The notes: a model not told the origin generated them from the letters alone. A stretch of DNA of 64,000 nt from Bacilli bacterium (GCA_045652765.1 JAZOLG010000029.1:3702-67701), one strand, 5' to 3'. Shown: positions 36,054 to 46,617, numbered from the stretch's first letter. Translations and numbers: made by a program.

Positions 36054-38000
36054 ATGAAAAAACAAAGAAAAAAGTTTGGAATATCTGATATATTTGTTAT
36101 TGCGATTGTAGCATTTGTAATAGTTGGTATTGTATTATTTTTTGTTAGAGGAACTTCATCTTATGAAAAACTTTCTTATAACGAAATTGAACAAAACCTT
36201 AGCAAAGGATATGTTGAATCAATTAGCTTTTCCGGTGTAAAAGGTGAAGGTAATACTGATGTATTATATGTTGAAGGTACATACACAAAAGAATATCAAG
36301 AACAAATTAAGTATGTAGGATTTACAGCATATCTTCAAGAAAGTGATTATGCGGCTATCAAAGGATTAGCTTTAGCTGCTGGAACAATCGTAAAAGGTAC
36401 TGAAGTTATTTCTACATTTAATATAATGAATATTATATGGGTTGCTCTATTAATATTCTCAGTTGTAATGTTATTTATGTTTATTATGAAAAGTGGTGGT
36501 GGCGGTAACGACAAAGCCTTTACATTTGGTAAGAGTCGTGCTAGACTTACAAAGAAAGCCACAACTAATTTTAAAGATGTAGCTGGACTTGATGAAGAAA
36601 AAGAAGAAATGATTGAAATTGTTGACTTCTTAAAAAATCCACAAAAATATTTCGCGATGGGAGCACGTGTTCCTAAAGGTGTACTTTTAGTTGGTGATCC
36701 TGGTACAGGTAAAACATTACTTGCAAGAGCTGTTGCGGGTGAGGCTAATGTTCCGTTCTACACAATTTCTGGTTCTGACTTCGTAGAATTGTTCGTTGGT
36801 GTTGGTGCGAGCCGTGTTCGTGATATGTTCAAAACTGCAAAACAAACTGCACCATGTATCGTATTTATTGATGAAATTGATGCAGTAGGTCGTCAAAGAG
36901 GAACTGGCCTTGGTGGTGGACACGATGAAAGAGAACAAACACTTAACCAATTACTTGTTGAAATGGATGGATTTAGTGGTAACTCTGGTGTAATCGTAAT
37001 GGCTGCAACAAACCGTGCAGACGTACTTGACCCTGCCCTTTTAAGACCTGGAAGATTTGATAGACAAATTCACATTGGAAAACCGGACTTAAAAGCTAGA
37101 GAAGCAATTTTAAAAGTACATGCAAGAAACAAAAAACTTTCTCCAAAAGTTAATCTTGCAGACATCGCAAGACGTACTCCTGGATTTAGTGGAGCTGATC
37201 TTGAAAACTTACTTAATGAAGCATCACTTTTAGCAGCAAGAGAAAATGCTAAAGAAGTTAAAATTTATCATGTTGATGAAGCAATCGATAGAGTATTAAT
37301 GGGACCTGCTAAAAAGTCTAAAAAATATTCTGATACTGAAAAAGCACTTATTGCTTATCATGAAGCTGGTCATGCTGTTATTGGTTTAAAATTAAAACAT
37401 GCAAATGTTGTACAAAAAGTAACAATTATTCCACGTGGTGTTGCAGGTGGTTATAACTTAATGACTCCAGAAGAAGAAACATTCTTACATACTGAAGTTC
37501 ATTTAAAAGCTGAAATTACTGGACTTTTAGCTGGTAGAATTGCTGAAAAACTTGTTTTTGATCAAGTAACAACAGGTGCTCATAATGATTTCCAAAAAGC
37601 AACATATATAGCGCGTGCTATGGTTACTGAATATGGAATGAGTTCTTTAGGCCCAATTCAATATGAAAGAAATACTGGAAATGTATTCTTAGGTCGTGAC
37701 TATATGACTGATAAAAACTTCTCTGATCAAGTAGCTTTAGAAATTGACCAAGAAGTTAGAAAGATTATTAATGAATGTTATAATTTAGGTGAAGAAACAC
37801 TTAAAGAACACCGTAAACTATTAGATTTAATTGCACAACACTTAGTTGAAATTGAAACACTTACTAAAGAAGATATTACAGAACTTGTCGAAACTGGTAA
37901 ACTTGGTTGGTGGGAAAAGAAAAAAGCAAAGCTTGCTGAACAACAAGCATTCTTAGAACAACAACAAAATCAAGAACCAACTGAAAATAAACCTGAATAA
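36054..38000 (+). CDS. ftsH: ATP-dependent zinc metalloprotease FtsH
   Basis: Two TM helices. AAA+ Walker [12 protein letters not shown], Walker [31 protein letters not shown], zinc site HEAGHA. Confidence 0.97.
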   Translation: MKKQRKKFGISDIFVIAIVAFVIVGIVLFFVRGTSSYEKLSYNEIEQNLSKGYVESISFSGVKGEGNTDVLYVEGTYTKEYQEQIKYVGFTAYLQESDYAAIKGLALAAGTIVKGTEVISTFNIMNIIWVALLIFSVVMLFMFIMKSGGGGNDKAFTFGKSRARLTKKATTNFKDVAGLDEEKEEMIEIVDFLKNPQKYFAMGARVPKGVLLVGDPGTGKTLLARAVAGEANVPFYTISGSDFVELFVGVGASRVRDMFKTAKQTAPCIVFIDEIDAVGRQRGTGLGGGHDEREQTLNQLLVEMDGFSGNSGVIVMAATNRADVLDPALLRPGRFDRQIHIGKPDLKAREAILKVHARNKKLSPKVNLADIARRTPGFSGADLENLLNEASLLAARENAKEVKIYHVDEAIDRVLMGPAKKSKKYSDTEKALIAYHEAGHAVIGLKLKHANVVQKVTIIPRGVAGGYNLMTPEEETFLHTEVHLKAEITGLLAGRIAEKLVFDQVTTGAHNDFQKATYIARAMVTEYGMSSLGPIQYERNTGNVFLGRDYMTDKNFSDQVALEIDQEVRKIINECYNLGEETLKEHRKLLDLIAQHLVEIETLTKEDITELVETGKLGWWEKKKAKLAEQQAFLEQQQNQEPTENKPE

Positions 38001-38263
38001 TGCGTTTAGATAAATATTTAAAAGTTTCAAGACTTATTAAAAGAAGACAACTTGCGAAAGATGCAAGTAATTCTGAAAGAATTCTTTTAAATGGCAAAAT
38101 TGCAAAACCATCAAAAGAAGTAAATATTGGTGATGTAATAACTATTATCTTTGGTAAAAAAATAGTTGAAGTAAAAATTACAAAATTAATTGATTCAACA
38201 AAAAAAGACGATGCGCTTTTAATGTACGAGTTAATCAGTGAAAAAGAAAAGACAGGAGAATAA
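38000..38263 (+). CDS. rqcP: S4-domain RNA-binding protein, YabO/RqcP (Hsp15-like)
   Basis: [22 protein letters not shown]4 motif, 87 aa. TAATG overlap with ftsH. Confidence 0.82.
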   Translation: MRLDKYLKVSRLIKRRQLAKDASNSERILLNGKIAKPSKEVNIGDVITIIFGKKIVEVKITKLIDSTKKDDALLMYELISEKEKTGE

Positions 38264-38291
38264 TCCTGTCTTTAAAATTAGGAGAATATAT

Positions 38292-38834
38292 ATGTTAATA
38301 CTTGCATCTAAATCACCAAGAAGAAAAGAGTTTTTAGAAAAAGCAAACTTAGAATTTATTATTGATACTGTTGAAACCGAAGAAATATTTAATTATAATT
38401 TATTAATTGAAGATGCATTAATTGACATCGCAAGACAAAAAGTATTACCAGTATTCCAAAAACATCCAACTGATACAATACTTGGTGCAGATACAATAGT
38501 AGTGTGTGATAATCAAATTCTAGGAAAACCTAAAGACTTAAATCATGCCAAACAAATGCTAAAACTATTATCTGGTAAAGTTCACTTTGTGATGACTGCT
38601 GTTGTTATTAAAACAAAAGAAAAAGAAATATCATTTGTAGAAAAAACAAATGTCTATTTTAAAAAACTAACAGAAGAAGATATTGATATTTTAACTACTA
38701 AAGAAAATGTTTTGGATAAAGCTGGATCTTATGCTATACAAGGAGCAGCAGGAAGTTACATTGAAAAGATTGAAGGCGATTATGATAATGTTGTAGGCCT
38801 TCCTATAAAAAGAGTACTAAAATATATAAAATAA
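38292..38834 (+). CDS. maf: Maf-family nucleoside triphosphate pyrophosphatase
   Basis: LILASKSPRRKEFL, GADT.V, KAG.Y.IQG motifs. The ATG at 38292 follows AGGAGA. The track extension overlaps rqcP. Confidence 0.88.
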   Translation: MLILASKSPRRKEFLEKANLEFIIDTVETEEIFNYNLLIEDALIDIARQKVLPVFQKHPTDTILGADTIVVCDNQILGKPKDLNHAKQMLKLLSGKVHFVMTAVVIKTKEKEISFVEKTNVYFKKLTEEDIDILTTKENVLDKAGSYAIQGAAGSYIEKIEGDYDNVVGLPIKRVLKYIK

Positions 38835-38868
38835 AAAAAGGAAGCATTTAAATGCTTCCTTTATTTTG
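38834..38868. terminator. Bidirectional terminator between maf and hslO
   Basis: AGGAAGCATTT / AAATGCTTCCT stem flanked by A and T runs. Confidence 0.85.
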
Positions 38869-39736
38869 CTTTCTTATGTAGTTTTAATAATTCTTCTTCA
38901 GTAAATTCGTAGTTTTTACCACAGAAGTGACAAACAGTGTTAGCACCGTGATCCTTATCAATCATATCTTGAATTTCTTCTTTACCAAGAGATATAATAC
39001 CTTTACTAAATCTTGACTTAGAACAAGTACATCTAAATCTAACAGGAGTTGTCTCAACAACTTCAAATGTGTCATCAGCAAGCATTTTACCAATTTGTTC
39101 TAAACTCATACCATTTTGAAACATTTCACTTACTGTTGGTAAAGTATTTAATTTCTTTTCAATTGCTTCTATTACTTCTTCTTTGGTGTTTGGTAACAAT
39201 TGAATAATAAATCCACCTGCAGATTTAGCAATATTATTTGTATTAACTAATACTCCAAGAGATACTACCGATGGAACTTGTTCAGAAATCATTAAGTAAT
39301 ATGCAAAATCTTTTGCAAGCTCACCATCTATAATTGGTACTGAGCCAATAAAAGGTTCTTTAAGTTTTAAATCTTTAATAACGCTAATTAAACCAGTGTG
39401 CCCTACAGTTTCACGCACATTTAATTTATTTGCTGAGTTATATTCAAAGTGACAATGTGGATTACTTGCGTATGCTCTTACATGTCCATGTGCATCTGCC
39501 TCAGCCATAATAAGTCCAATTGGACCATCACCATCAACTTTTACAGTTACTGTTTCTTCAAGTTTCAACATTCCGCCCATCATAGTTGTAAATGCCATAA
39601 CTCTTCCAACTGCAGCAAGTGCGCTAGGATAATAATTTAGTCTTTTCGCAAGACTATTTAAAACATTATCACATCTAACAACATATATTCTTACTTGCTT
39701 ATCATAAGCTAGAGCTTTTAATAAATAGTTTTTCAT
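38861..39736 (-). CDS. hslO: Redox-regulated chaperone Hsp33
   Basis: Hsp33 fold blocks plus the C-terminal zinc/redox switch CTCS .. CHFCG. Confidence 0.92.
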   Translation of the reverse strand: MKNYLLKALAYDKQVRIYVVRCDNVLNSLAKRLNYYPSALAAVGRVMAFTTMMGGMLKLEETVTVKVDGDGPIGLIMAEADAHGHVRAYASNPHCHFEYNSANKLNVRETVGHTGLISVIKDLKLKEPFIGSVPIIDGELAKDFAYYLMISEQVPSVVSLGVLVNTNNIAKSAGGFIIQLLPNTKEEVIEAIEKKLNTLPTVSEMFQNGMSLEQIGKMLADDTFEVVETTPVRFRCTCSKSRFSKGIISLGKEEIQDMIDKDHGANTVCHFCGKNYEFTEEELLKLHKKAK

Positions 39737-39810
39737 AAATCCTCCGACTATATTTTAATACTTTGGTAATAATATATATGAATTTTAACATTTTATTTTA
39801 AATATGTCAA

Positions 39811-39838
39811 AGAAAAAAACTGTCATATGACAGTTTCT
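39811..39838 (-). terminator. Intrinsic terminator after the yebC-like gene
   Basis: AAACTGTCA / TGACAGTTT stem with a 7-T run on the minus strand. Confidence 0.8.
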
Positions 39839-40572
39839 TATTCTTCTTCAGGTAAATCAACAACGTTATGGAAGAAATCTTGTACATCATCAATATCGTC
39901 TAACATTTCTTGAAGACGTTTAAATTGTGCGATTTCTTTTTCGTCAGTTAATGTTACAGTGTTTTGTGGAACATATGTTACTAAATCTTCTACAAATTCT
40001 AAATCAGGTTTAGCAGCTACTAATGCATCACGAACAGCTTGATAGTCTCCGCTTTGAGCATATACTGTAGTTAAATCATCTTCCATTTGAATATCTTCAA
40101 CTTCACAGTCAGCCATCATTACAGCTTCAAATGCTTCTTCATCAGTCATTCCTTTAAAAGTGAATACAGCATAGTAATCAAACATATGTCTAACACAACC
40201 AGCAACACCTAGTTTACAACCAGTTTTTGTTAATGCAATTTTAACAGCTGTCATAGTTCTATTTTCATTGTCTGTTAAACATTCAATAATTAACATACTG
40301 TTGTTTGGTCCAAAACCTTCATAACGAACTGGATAATATGATTCCATACTTCCACCTTTAGCTTTATCAATTGCTCTTTTAATTGTGTCAGCATTAACTT
40401 GTTCGCGTTTAGCTTTTTCTATTTCACGTTTAAGGGTTAAATTTGATTCAGGATCTGGAATACCAGATTTAGCGGCCATATATATAATTTTGCTCCACTT
40501 ATTATTCAATTTTGATTTTGCAGCAGCAGTTTTCGCCATTGATGCTGCACGAACTTCATGCGCTCTTCCCAT
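39838..40572 (-). CDS. YebC/PmpR-family DNA-binding regulator / translation factor
   Basis: N-terminus MGRAHEVRAASMAKT..K, RAIDKAKGG, YEGFGPN blocks typical of the YebC (YeeN-type) family. Confidence 0.9.
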   Translation of the reverse strand: MGRAHEVRAASMAKTAAAKSKLNNKWSKIIYMAAKSGIPDPESNLTLKREIEKAKREQVNADTIKRAIDKAKGGSMESYYPVRYEGFGPNNSMLIIECLTDNENRTMTAVKIALTKTGCKLGVAGCVRHMFDYYAVFTFKGMTDEEAFEAVMMADCEVEDIQMEDDLTTVYAQSGDYQAVRDALVAAKPDLEFVEDLVTYVPQNTVTLTDEKEIAQFKRLQEMLDDIDDVQDFFHNVVDLPEEE

Positions 40573-40721
40573 AAAATAACTCCTTTATTTCAAAATTCAT
40601 ATTATTATATCATATAAGTTAATAAATAAAAAGTCATTTGTTTATTTTTTTAAAAAACTTGCCAAACTATTTACAAAAATAGCATATTGATGTATAATAA
40701 AAAAGAAAGGAAATGATAAAT

Positions 40722-41261
40722 ATGAATATTTATGATGACTATATAAAATATATTGAAGAAAACAATTACTTACTAAAACTTTTGGAGAATAATACACCAT
40801 CGATATATGTATTATTTGAAGATGTATTAGCTGTTTTAAACTATATATCTGAAGAATATCAAAAAGGCAGTCAATTAGATGATGATCTAAAAGATTTTTT
40901 TGATGCAGGTTTTGGATATTTAACAAGTGTCATGACAGATTTAAAAATGATGTTTGAGGATTATTTTAATAAAGACATAATATTATTGACTCGTTATGAT
41001 AATTTAATTACATACTTTTTTTATATTGAAGATTTGAAATGTCACTTAGATGGTGAAGAAGTTTTAACAAAGTCAAAGAGAAAGATTATTGATGATATTC
41101 AACAAGAAATAGAAACCATATTAGTTAATAAACTTGAACCAAGTTTAGATTTAACAGATAAATATGAAACAAAGATTGCAAAGATTACATCTTTGAAAGA
41201 CAATTTTCATCCAATATATTCAATCTTTGCGTTAATTAGAGAAGAACTAAATTTATTCTAA
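40722..41261 (+). CDS. Hypothetical cytoplasmic helical protein
   Basis: ATG 10 nt downstream of GAAAGGA. TTTACA-17-TATAAT promoter upstream. 11 nt upstream of the M16C protease gene. No recognisable domain. Confidence 0.55.
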   Translation: MNIYDDYIKYIEENNYLLKLLENNTPSIYVLFEDVLAVLNYISEEYQKGSQLDDDLKDFFDAGFGYLTSVMTDLKMMFEDYFNKDIILLTRYDNLITYFFYIEDLKCHLDGEEVLTKSKRKIIDDIQQEIETILVNKLEPSLDLTDKYETKIAKITSLKDNFHPIYSIFALIREELNLF

Positions 41262-41272
41262 GGAGACTAATC

Positions 41273-44173
41273 ATGTATAAAAATTATAAACTAATTAAAC
41301 AACAAACTTTAAAAGATATTAATGCTGAAGGAACATTACTTTTTCATGAAAAAACTGGAGCGAAAGTATTGCTTCTTGCAAATGATGATGAAAACAAATC
41401 GTTTTGTATTGGATTTAGAACACCACCATATGATAGCACAGGTCTTCCACATATTTTAGAACACTCTGTACTTTGTGGATCTAGAAAATTTCCAGTTAAA
41501 GAACCATTTGTAGAACTTATGAAGAGTTCTCTTAATACTTTTTTAAATGCTATGACATTCCCAGATAAAACAATTTATCCAGTAGCAAGTTGTAATGATC
41601 AAGATTTTGCTAACCTTACAGATGTTTACATGGATGCAGTATTATATCCAAATATTCATACAAAAGAAAAAATCTTCCAACAAGAAGGTTGGCATTATGA
41701 ATTAGAAAATAAAGATGCCGAGCTTGTTTATAATGGAGTTGTATATAACGAAATGAAAGGGGCTTTCTCTTCACCTGATGGAATACTTGGAAGAGAATCA
41801 CTAAACGCGTTATTCCCAGACACAGCATATGGTGTAGAATCAGGTGGTAATCCTGATGATATTCCAACACTTACTTATGAAAAATTTAAAGCTTTTCATA
41901 AGAAATATTATCATCCATCAAATAGTTATATTGTTATTTATGGTAATAGCAATATGGAAGAACGACTTGAATGGTTAGATAAAGAATATTTATCACAATT
42001 TGATAAAATTGAAGTTGATTCTACTCTTACTGTTCAACCTGCATTTGATAGTTTAAAAGAAAAGAAAGTATATTATCCAGTAAATAAAGAACAAGGAACT
42101 GAAAACAAAACATTGATGTCTTATAATGTTGCGTTAGAACCACACATTTCATTTACTGAAATAACAGCATTAGAAATCATTACACAAGTACTATTACAAT
42201 CTGCTGGTGCTCCTTTAGAAAGAGCATTATTAGATTCAAAAATATGTGATGTTGTTACAGGATCTTTTGATTCAGGCATTTTACAACCATCATTCTCAAT
42301 TAATATAAAAAATTCAAATGAAAACAAAAAAGAAGAATTTGTAAATATTATTGAAGAAGAACTTAAAAAATATGTAAAAGAAGGATTAAATAAAAAAGCA
42401 CTACAAGCAGCTATTAATAGTTATGAATTTAAATTACGTGAGGCTGATTTCGGCGGTACATCTAAAGGATTGATTTATACAATTAATAGTTTTAATACAT
42501 GGCTTTATGATGAATACGATCCATTCTCATCATTTGATTTTACTACAGCATTTGAAACATTAAAAGCTAATTTAGAAACTGACTACTTTGAAAAAATTAT
42601 TGAAAAGCATTTGATTAACAATACACATAAAGCACTAGTTATTTGTGCACCAAGTGTTAGTATTGCGGAAGAAAAAGAAAAAGGACTAAAAGAAAAACTT
42701 GCCAATTATAAAGCAAGTTTAACAGATGATGAAATTGAAAACATTGTAAAATCTACAAAAGAATTAAAAGAATATCAAGCTGCACCAGACTCTAAAGAAG
42801 CACTAGATACAATACCACTACTTAAAAAAGAAGATTTATCTTTTGATATAGTTCCACTTTTAACAGAAGAAAATGAAGTATCAAATGTTAAAGTATTACA
42901 TCACGATTATCCTACTAACGGGATCGGTTATTTAAGACTTTTATTTAACATAAAAGATATTCCATCAAGATTTGTTAAGTATATAGGAATATTTAAAACA
43001 TTACTTGGAAATTTAGATACTAAAGATCATACATATCAAACTCTAGAACAAGATGTTGATATTAACACAGGCGGAATCAATTGTTCGATAATGACAAATA
43101 AGAATAATGATGATTATAGTGTTAATTTATTAATTCGTGCAAATACTTTATATGATAAACTAGATTTTACTTTTGATATTATTCAAGAAATAATTAATAC
43201 AACTAACTTTGAAATGAAATCAAGAATAAAAGAATGTCTTGCTATGGAGTCTTCAAAAATGCAACAAACATTAGTAGGTGCAGGACATGCTAAATCATAT
43301 GTTAGAGCTTTATCATATATTGAACCAGTGTTCTATTATAATGATGTTATTGAAGGTATTGGATATTATGATACTGTTGTAGAGTTATTGAAAGATTATG
43401 ATAATAAATATGATGACCTTGTCAACACTTTAAAAGAAATGGCATCATATATATTTACTAAAGAAAATTTATTAGTAAGTTTCACTGGTGGTATTGATGG
43501 ATTAAAAGCAGTAGAAAAACTTTTACCTACTTTTGTTGAATCTTTAGGAACTAAGAAAGAAGTAAAAGATCCATTTGTATTTACACCAAACCAACAAAAT
43601 GAAGGATTTAAAGCACCATATGATGTTAACTATGTAGCACTTGTTGGTAATTATAAAAAAGATAATTTACCATATACTGGAGCACTTCAAGTCTTCCAAA
43701 ATATTATTTCTACTAATTACTTATGGACAAATGTTCGAGTATTAGGTGGAGCATATGGCTGCATGTGTGGATTTACAGGTACAGGCGTTTCTTACTTTGT
43801 ATCATACAGAGACCCAAATCTTACAAAGACTTTAGATACATACAAAAATGTAGTAAAATATTTAGATGATTTTAATGCAACAGAAGAAGAAATGACTAAA
43901 TATATTATTGGTGCAGTTGGAACATACGATTATCCTAAATCTCCTGCAGTAAAAGGAGCACGAGCACTTTCAGCATATATGAATGGTCAAACAGATGAAC
44001 AATTCAAAAAAGAAAAAGCTGAGATTATTAATGCTACAGCTAATGATATAAAAGCTCTTAAACCATATATTGAATCTATCTTAAAACAAAACAATATATG
44101 TGTTATTGGTAATGAGAAGAAAGTAGAAGAAGCTAAAGAAATCTTTAAAGAAACTAAGATGTTACTTAAATAA
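41273..44173 (+). CDS. M16C-family (PreP/insulinase-like) zinc metalloprotease
   Basis: Inverted zincin motif HILEHSVLCGS with downstream E (NEMKG). About 970 aa, the four-domain length typical of presequence-protease-like M16C enzymes. Confidence 0.88.
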   Translation: MYKNYKLIKQQTLKDINAEGTLLFHEKTGAKVLLLANDDENKSFCIGFRTPPYDSTGLPHILEHSVLCGSRKFPVKEPFVELMKSSLNTFLNAMTFPDKTIYPVASCNDQDFANLTDVYMDAVLYPNIHTKEKIFQQEGWHYELENKDAELVYNGVVYNEMKGAFSSPDGILGRESLNALFPDTAYGVESGGNPDDIPTLTYEKFKAFHKKYYHPSNSYIVIYGNSNMEERLEWLDKEYLSQFDKIEVDSTLTVQPAFDSLKEKKVYYPVNKEQGTENKTLMSYNVALEPHISFTEITALEIITQVLLQSAGAPLERALLDSKICDVVTGSFDSGILQPSFSINIKNSNENKKEEFVNIIEEELKKYVKEGLNKKALQAAINSYEFKLREADFGGTSKGLIYTINSFNTWLYDEYDPFSSFDFTTAFETLKANLETDYFEKIIEKHLINNTHKALVICAPSVSIAEEKEKGLKEKLANYKASLTDDEIENIVKSTKELKEYQAAPDSKEALDTIPLLKKEDLSFDIVPLLTEENEVSNVKVLHHDYPTNGIGYLRLLFNIKDIPSRFVKYIGIFKTLLGNLDTKDHTYQTLEQDVDINTGGINCSIMTNKNNDDYSVNLLIRANTLYDKLDFTFDIIQEIINTTNFEMKSRIKECLAMESSKMQQTLVGAGHAKSYVRALSYIEPVFYYNDVIEGIGYYDTVVELLKDYDNKYDDLVNTLKEMASYIFTKENLLVSFTGGIDGLKAVEKLLPTFVESLGTKKEVKDPFVFTPNQQNEGFKAPYDVNYVALVGNYKKDNLPYTGALQVFQNIISTNYLWTNVRVLGGAYGCMCGFTGTGVSYFVSYRDPNLTKTLDTYKNVVKYLDDFNATEEEMTKYIIGAVGTYDYPKSPAVKGARALSAYMNGQTDEQFKKEKAEIINATANDIKALKPYIESILKQNNICVIGNEKKVEEAKEIFKETKMLLK

Positions 44174-44202
44174 TTATTATAAAAAAGTTAGTTGGAGGAC
44201 AT

Positions 44203-46134
44203 ATGAAAAAGATTGCACTCATAGGATCTATATTGTTGGTTGTTGGTGCTATAATTGGTATTATTATCTTTATGCCGAAGGATCAAAATGATAATAATTC
44301 AAAAGAACCCGAACTTGTTGAAATGAATGAAGAAATATGGAAAAAGACAATTTCTTTTGTAAATAAAAACAATTATAATATCTCTTTGATTTATAACTAT
44401 TGTGAAGATGATTACCAAGGTAAAGAAGTTTATAATATTTCACAAAATGGGAATATTTATAAAGCAGATTCAAGCATGCATGAAGTATATACTTATTCTA
44501 AACAAGATTATCTTAATATGGGATACACTGAAGATACTTGGAATTTATTGATAAATAACTCAGAAGTTTATGGATATACTTGTAACATATCTGATGATGG
44601 AGAAGAAGCAGAATTTTTGAGTATTTCAAATGATAATTCAATAGTATACGGAAAAGTTATCGATGAATATCTATTTGAAGAATACTTTAAACCACATGAG
44701 CAATTAACAATGTTAAAATCATACACCCCTTACAAAATTACTACTGAACAAGAATTATTTGCTAATCAATTTTGTAATGCCATAAAGAATGAATTTAACA
44801 ACTTTAAGTTATCTAAAACATATGATAATATACAACAATATTGTTTTTATTCAGAAAATAATGATAATGTAATTATTAAAACACTTTGTCAAATGTTTAC
44901 TGAGTTAAGTATCGAAGAAATTGTGGATATAAACGTCACTGTCGTTATTAAAAACAAGCAACTTGATCAAGCAAGTATTGATTTAAATTTTTCTGAAGAG
45001 AGTTATACGGATAAATTACAAATCATTTTAATTAATAAAATTAACCAATTAGAAGAAATTAAAATACCTACTGAGGAATATGAAATGATTTGTTATGATA
45101 ATTTTAATCCAAGTGAAAGTGACTATTTTGCGATAAGTAGTACTGGTAATAAAAAGTATCACTTTGCTGATTTATACTATAATGATGAATATAATACAAA
45201 ATATTATAGTGGATATCCTTATTATGAGGAACATAATTATAATGAAGATCATATTTGTAATAAATGTGGTTATGTTGATGATGACTATCTAATTAAAGAA
45301 ACTATTAAATTACCGCCTAATGCTTTATGCGATGATCATGAATTGATTATGTATTGCCATAAAGATAAAAATGCTGTTATGAGATGTACATTAGAAAATG
45401 GATCATTTTATTGTCGAAAATGTGATATGTATTTATCAGCTGTATCTCGTGAAAATTTGTCTAGTAACGATTGTTTGTCACAAGACTTAATAACATTGAA
45501 TATATCATCGTATATTAATGAAGAGGAATTTGAGGAAATATATAAAGATATTTCCGTGGATTTATTAATTTATTCAAATGCTTGTCATTTTCAAAAAACA
45601 ACTGAATCATTACATGGTAAACTAAAATATTCATGTATAAACTGTTCATCAACAATACAAACAGAAATTAAAATACATAATTTAGAGTTATATACTCTTT
45701 TTGATGAATTTGGACATAAAGAAGAACATCATTTAAAATGCACTGAATGTGATTTTGTTAAAACTAATTATAGCGTTAGATATGAACATAATTTTGAGAC
45801 ATTAAAAACTAATCTTTCTTCATGCTTAATTCAAATAATGTCTAAATGTAATGATTGTGGTGTTGAACATTTAACTTATGAATTGGAACATGAATATAGT
45901 GTAATAGATATATATCTTAAAGGCGAAGAGAAGTATTATGCATTAATACAATGTAGTATGTGTCAACACCAATGTGAATGTGAAGTAATAAACTTTTATA
46001 AAGCTGGTCATAGATTTGATGAACATTCAATTGACGTTTTACAAGTAGAACTATTTGAAAATGGATATAATGAATATGAAATAATTCATAGTGAAGATAT
46101 AAATAATTGTCCATACTGTAAAATAAAAGGTTAG
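44203..46134 (+). CDS. Hypothetical membrane-anchored protein with a C-terminal His/Cys-rich multi-module domain
   Basis: RBS GGAGGA. N-terminal KK plus TM (LLVVGAIIGIIIFM) followed by PKD. The last roughly 300 aa contain about seven CxxC-type pairs, each preceded by His-rich segments. Confidence 0.65.
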   Translation: MKKIALIGSILLVVGAIIGIIIFMPKDQNDNNSKEPELVEMNEEIWKKTISFVNKNNYNISLIYNYCEDDYQGKEVYNISQNGNIYKADSSMHEVYTYSKQDYLNMGYTEDTWNLLINNSEVYGYTCNISDDGEEAEFLSISNDNSIVYGKVIDEYLFEEYFKPHEQLTMLKSYTPYKITTEQELFANQFCNAIKNEFNNFKLSKTYDNIQQYCFYSENNDNVIIKTLCQMFTELSIEEIVDINVTVVIKNKQLDQASIDLNFSEESYTDKLQIILINKINQLEEIKIPTEEYEMICYDNFNPSESDYFAISSTGNKKYHFADLYYNDEYNTKYYSGYPYYEEHNYNEDHICNKCGYVDDDYLIKETIKLPPNALCDDHELIMYCHKDKNAVMRCTLENGSFYCRKCDMYLSAVSRENLSSNDCLSQDLITLNISSYINEEEFEEIYKDISVDLLIYSNACHFQKTTESLHGKLKYSCINCSSTIQTEIKIHNLELYTLFDEFGHKEEHHLKCTECDFVKTNYSVRYEHNFETLKTNLSSCLIQIMSKCNDCGVEHLTYELEHEYSVIDIYLKGEEKYYALIQCSMCQHQCECEVINFYKAGHRFDEHSIDVLQVELFENGYNEYEIIHSEDINNCPYCKIKG

Positions 46135-46160
46135 CAATTTGCTAACCTTTTATCTTTTTA
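46126..46160. terminator. Bidirectional terminator between the Cys-rich protein gene and the DtxR-family gene
   Basis: AAAGGTTAGC / GCTAACCTTT stem overlapping both stop codons. Confidence 0.8.
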
Positions 46161-46516
46161 TAATAAGCTTTTAAAGCATCAAAACTTTCATCACTTAAAT
46201 CATGTTCGATTTTACAAGCATCTTCCAAAGCAGTAATTTCACTTACGCCAAGCATCATCAAACAAGTAGAAATGATTTGATGTTTTTCATAAATATATGC
46301 AGCAAGTTCGGCACCTTTAACAGTTAATTCAATATTGCCACTTTCATTATCAACCGTAATGAAATTATTAGATTTTAACTTTTTTAATGCAATACTAACA
46401 CTAGGCTTTGAATAACCCATGTCTTGTGCAAGATCAATTGCGCGCAGTTGTTTATTATTTTTTTTAAGTATAAAAATTCTTTCTAAATAGTCTTCACTTG
46501 ACTTAAATTTATTCAT
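46142..46516 (-). CDS. DtxR/MntR-family metal-dependent transcriptional regulator (short form, no SH3-like domain)
   Basis: SSEDYLERIFIL .. LRAIDLAQDMGYSKPSVSIALKKL winged HTH plus a dimerisation helix with a metal-site region (HDLSDE). Divergent from feoAB. Confidence 0.85.
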   Translation of the reverse strand: MNKFKSSEDYLERIFILKKNNKQLRAIDLAQDMGYSKPSVSIALKKLKSNNFITVDNESGNIELTVKGAELAAYIYEKHQIISTCLMMLGVSEITALEDACKIEHDLSDESFDALKAYYKKIKG

Positions 46517-46579
46517 AATTAGTACCTCAATAGTATTTTATCATAAATTATTAAATAATCAAATTTTTAAGTAAAATGT

Positions 46580-46608
46580 TTGACAAAAAGTCTTTTTTTG
46601 CGTATAAT
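46580..46608 (+). promoter_or_regulatory. Consensus sigma-A promoter (TTGACA-17-TATAAT) of feoAB
   Basis: TTGACA at 46580-46585 and TATAAT at 46603-46608, with a 17-nt spacer. Confidence 0.75.
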
Positions 46609-46617
46609 TTTATAAAA

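Noticed and set aside
38251-38275. A hairpin GACAGGAG-AATAA-TCCTGTC overlapping the rqcP stop, considered as a possible internal terminator before maf.
   Set aside because: The stem is short and is followed by TTTAAAATT rather than a clean U-run. The maf RBS follows directly. At most it is a weak attenuator, and the support is not strong enough to annotate it.
40642-40926. A 94-aa minus-strand ORF overlapping the start of the 40722 gene. Several other 60-130-aa antisense ORFs are similar, for example 30999-31379, 30639-30887, 61478-61717 and 49278-49722.
   Set aside because: They have no RBS and an Ile/Leu/Phe/Tyr/Asn-rich composition typical of AT-rich shadow frames. They overlap better-supported genes or promoter regions.
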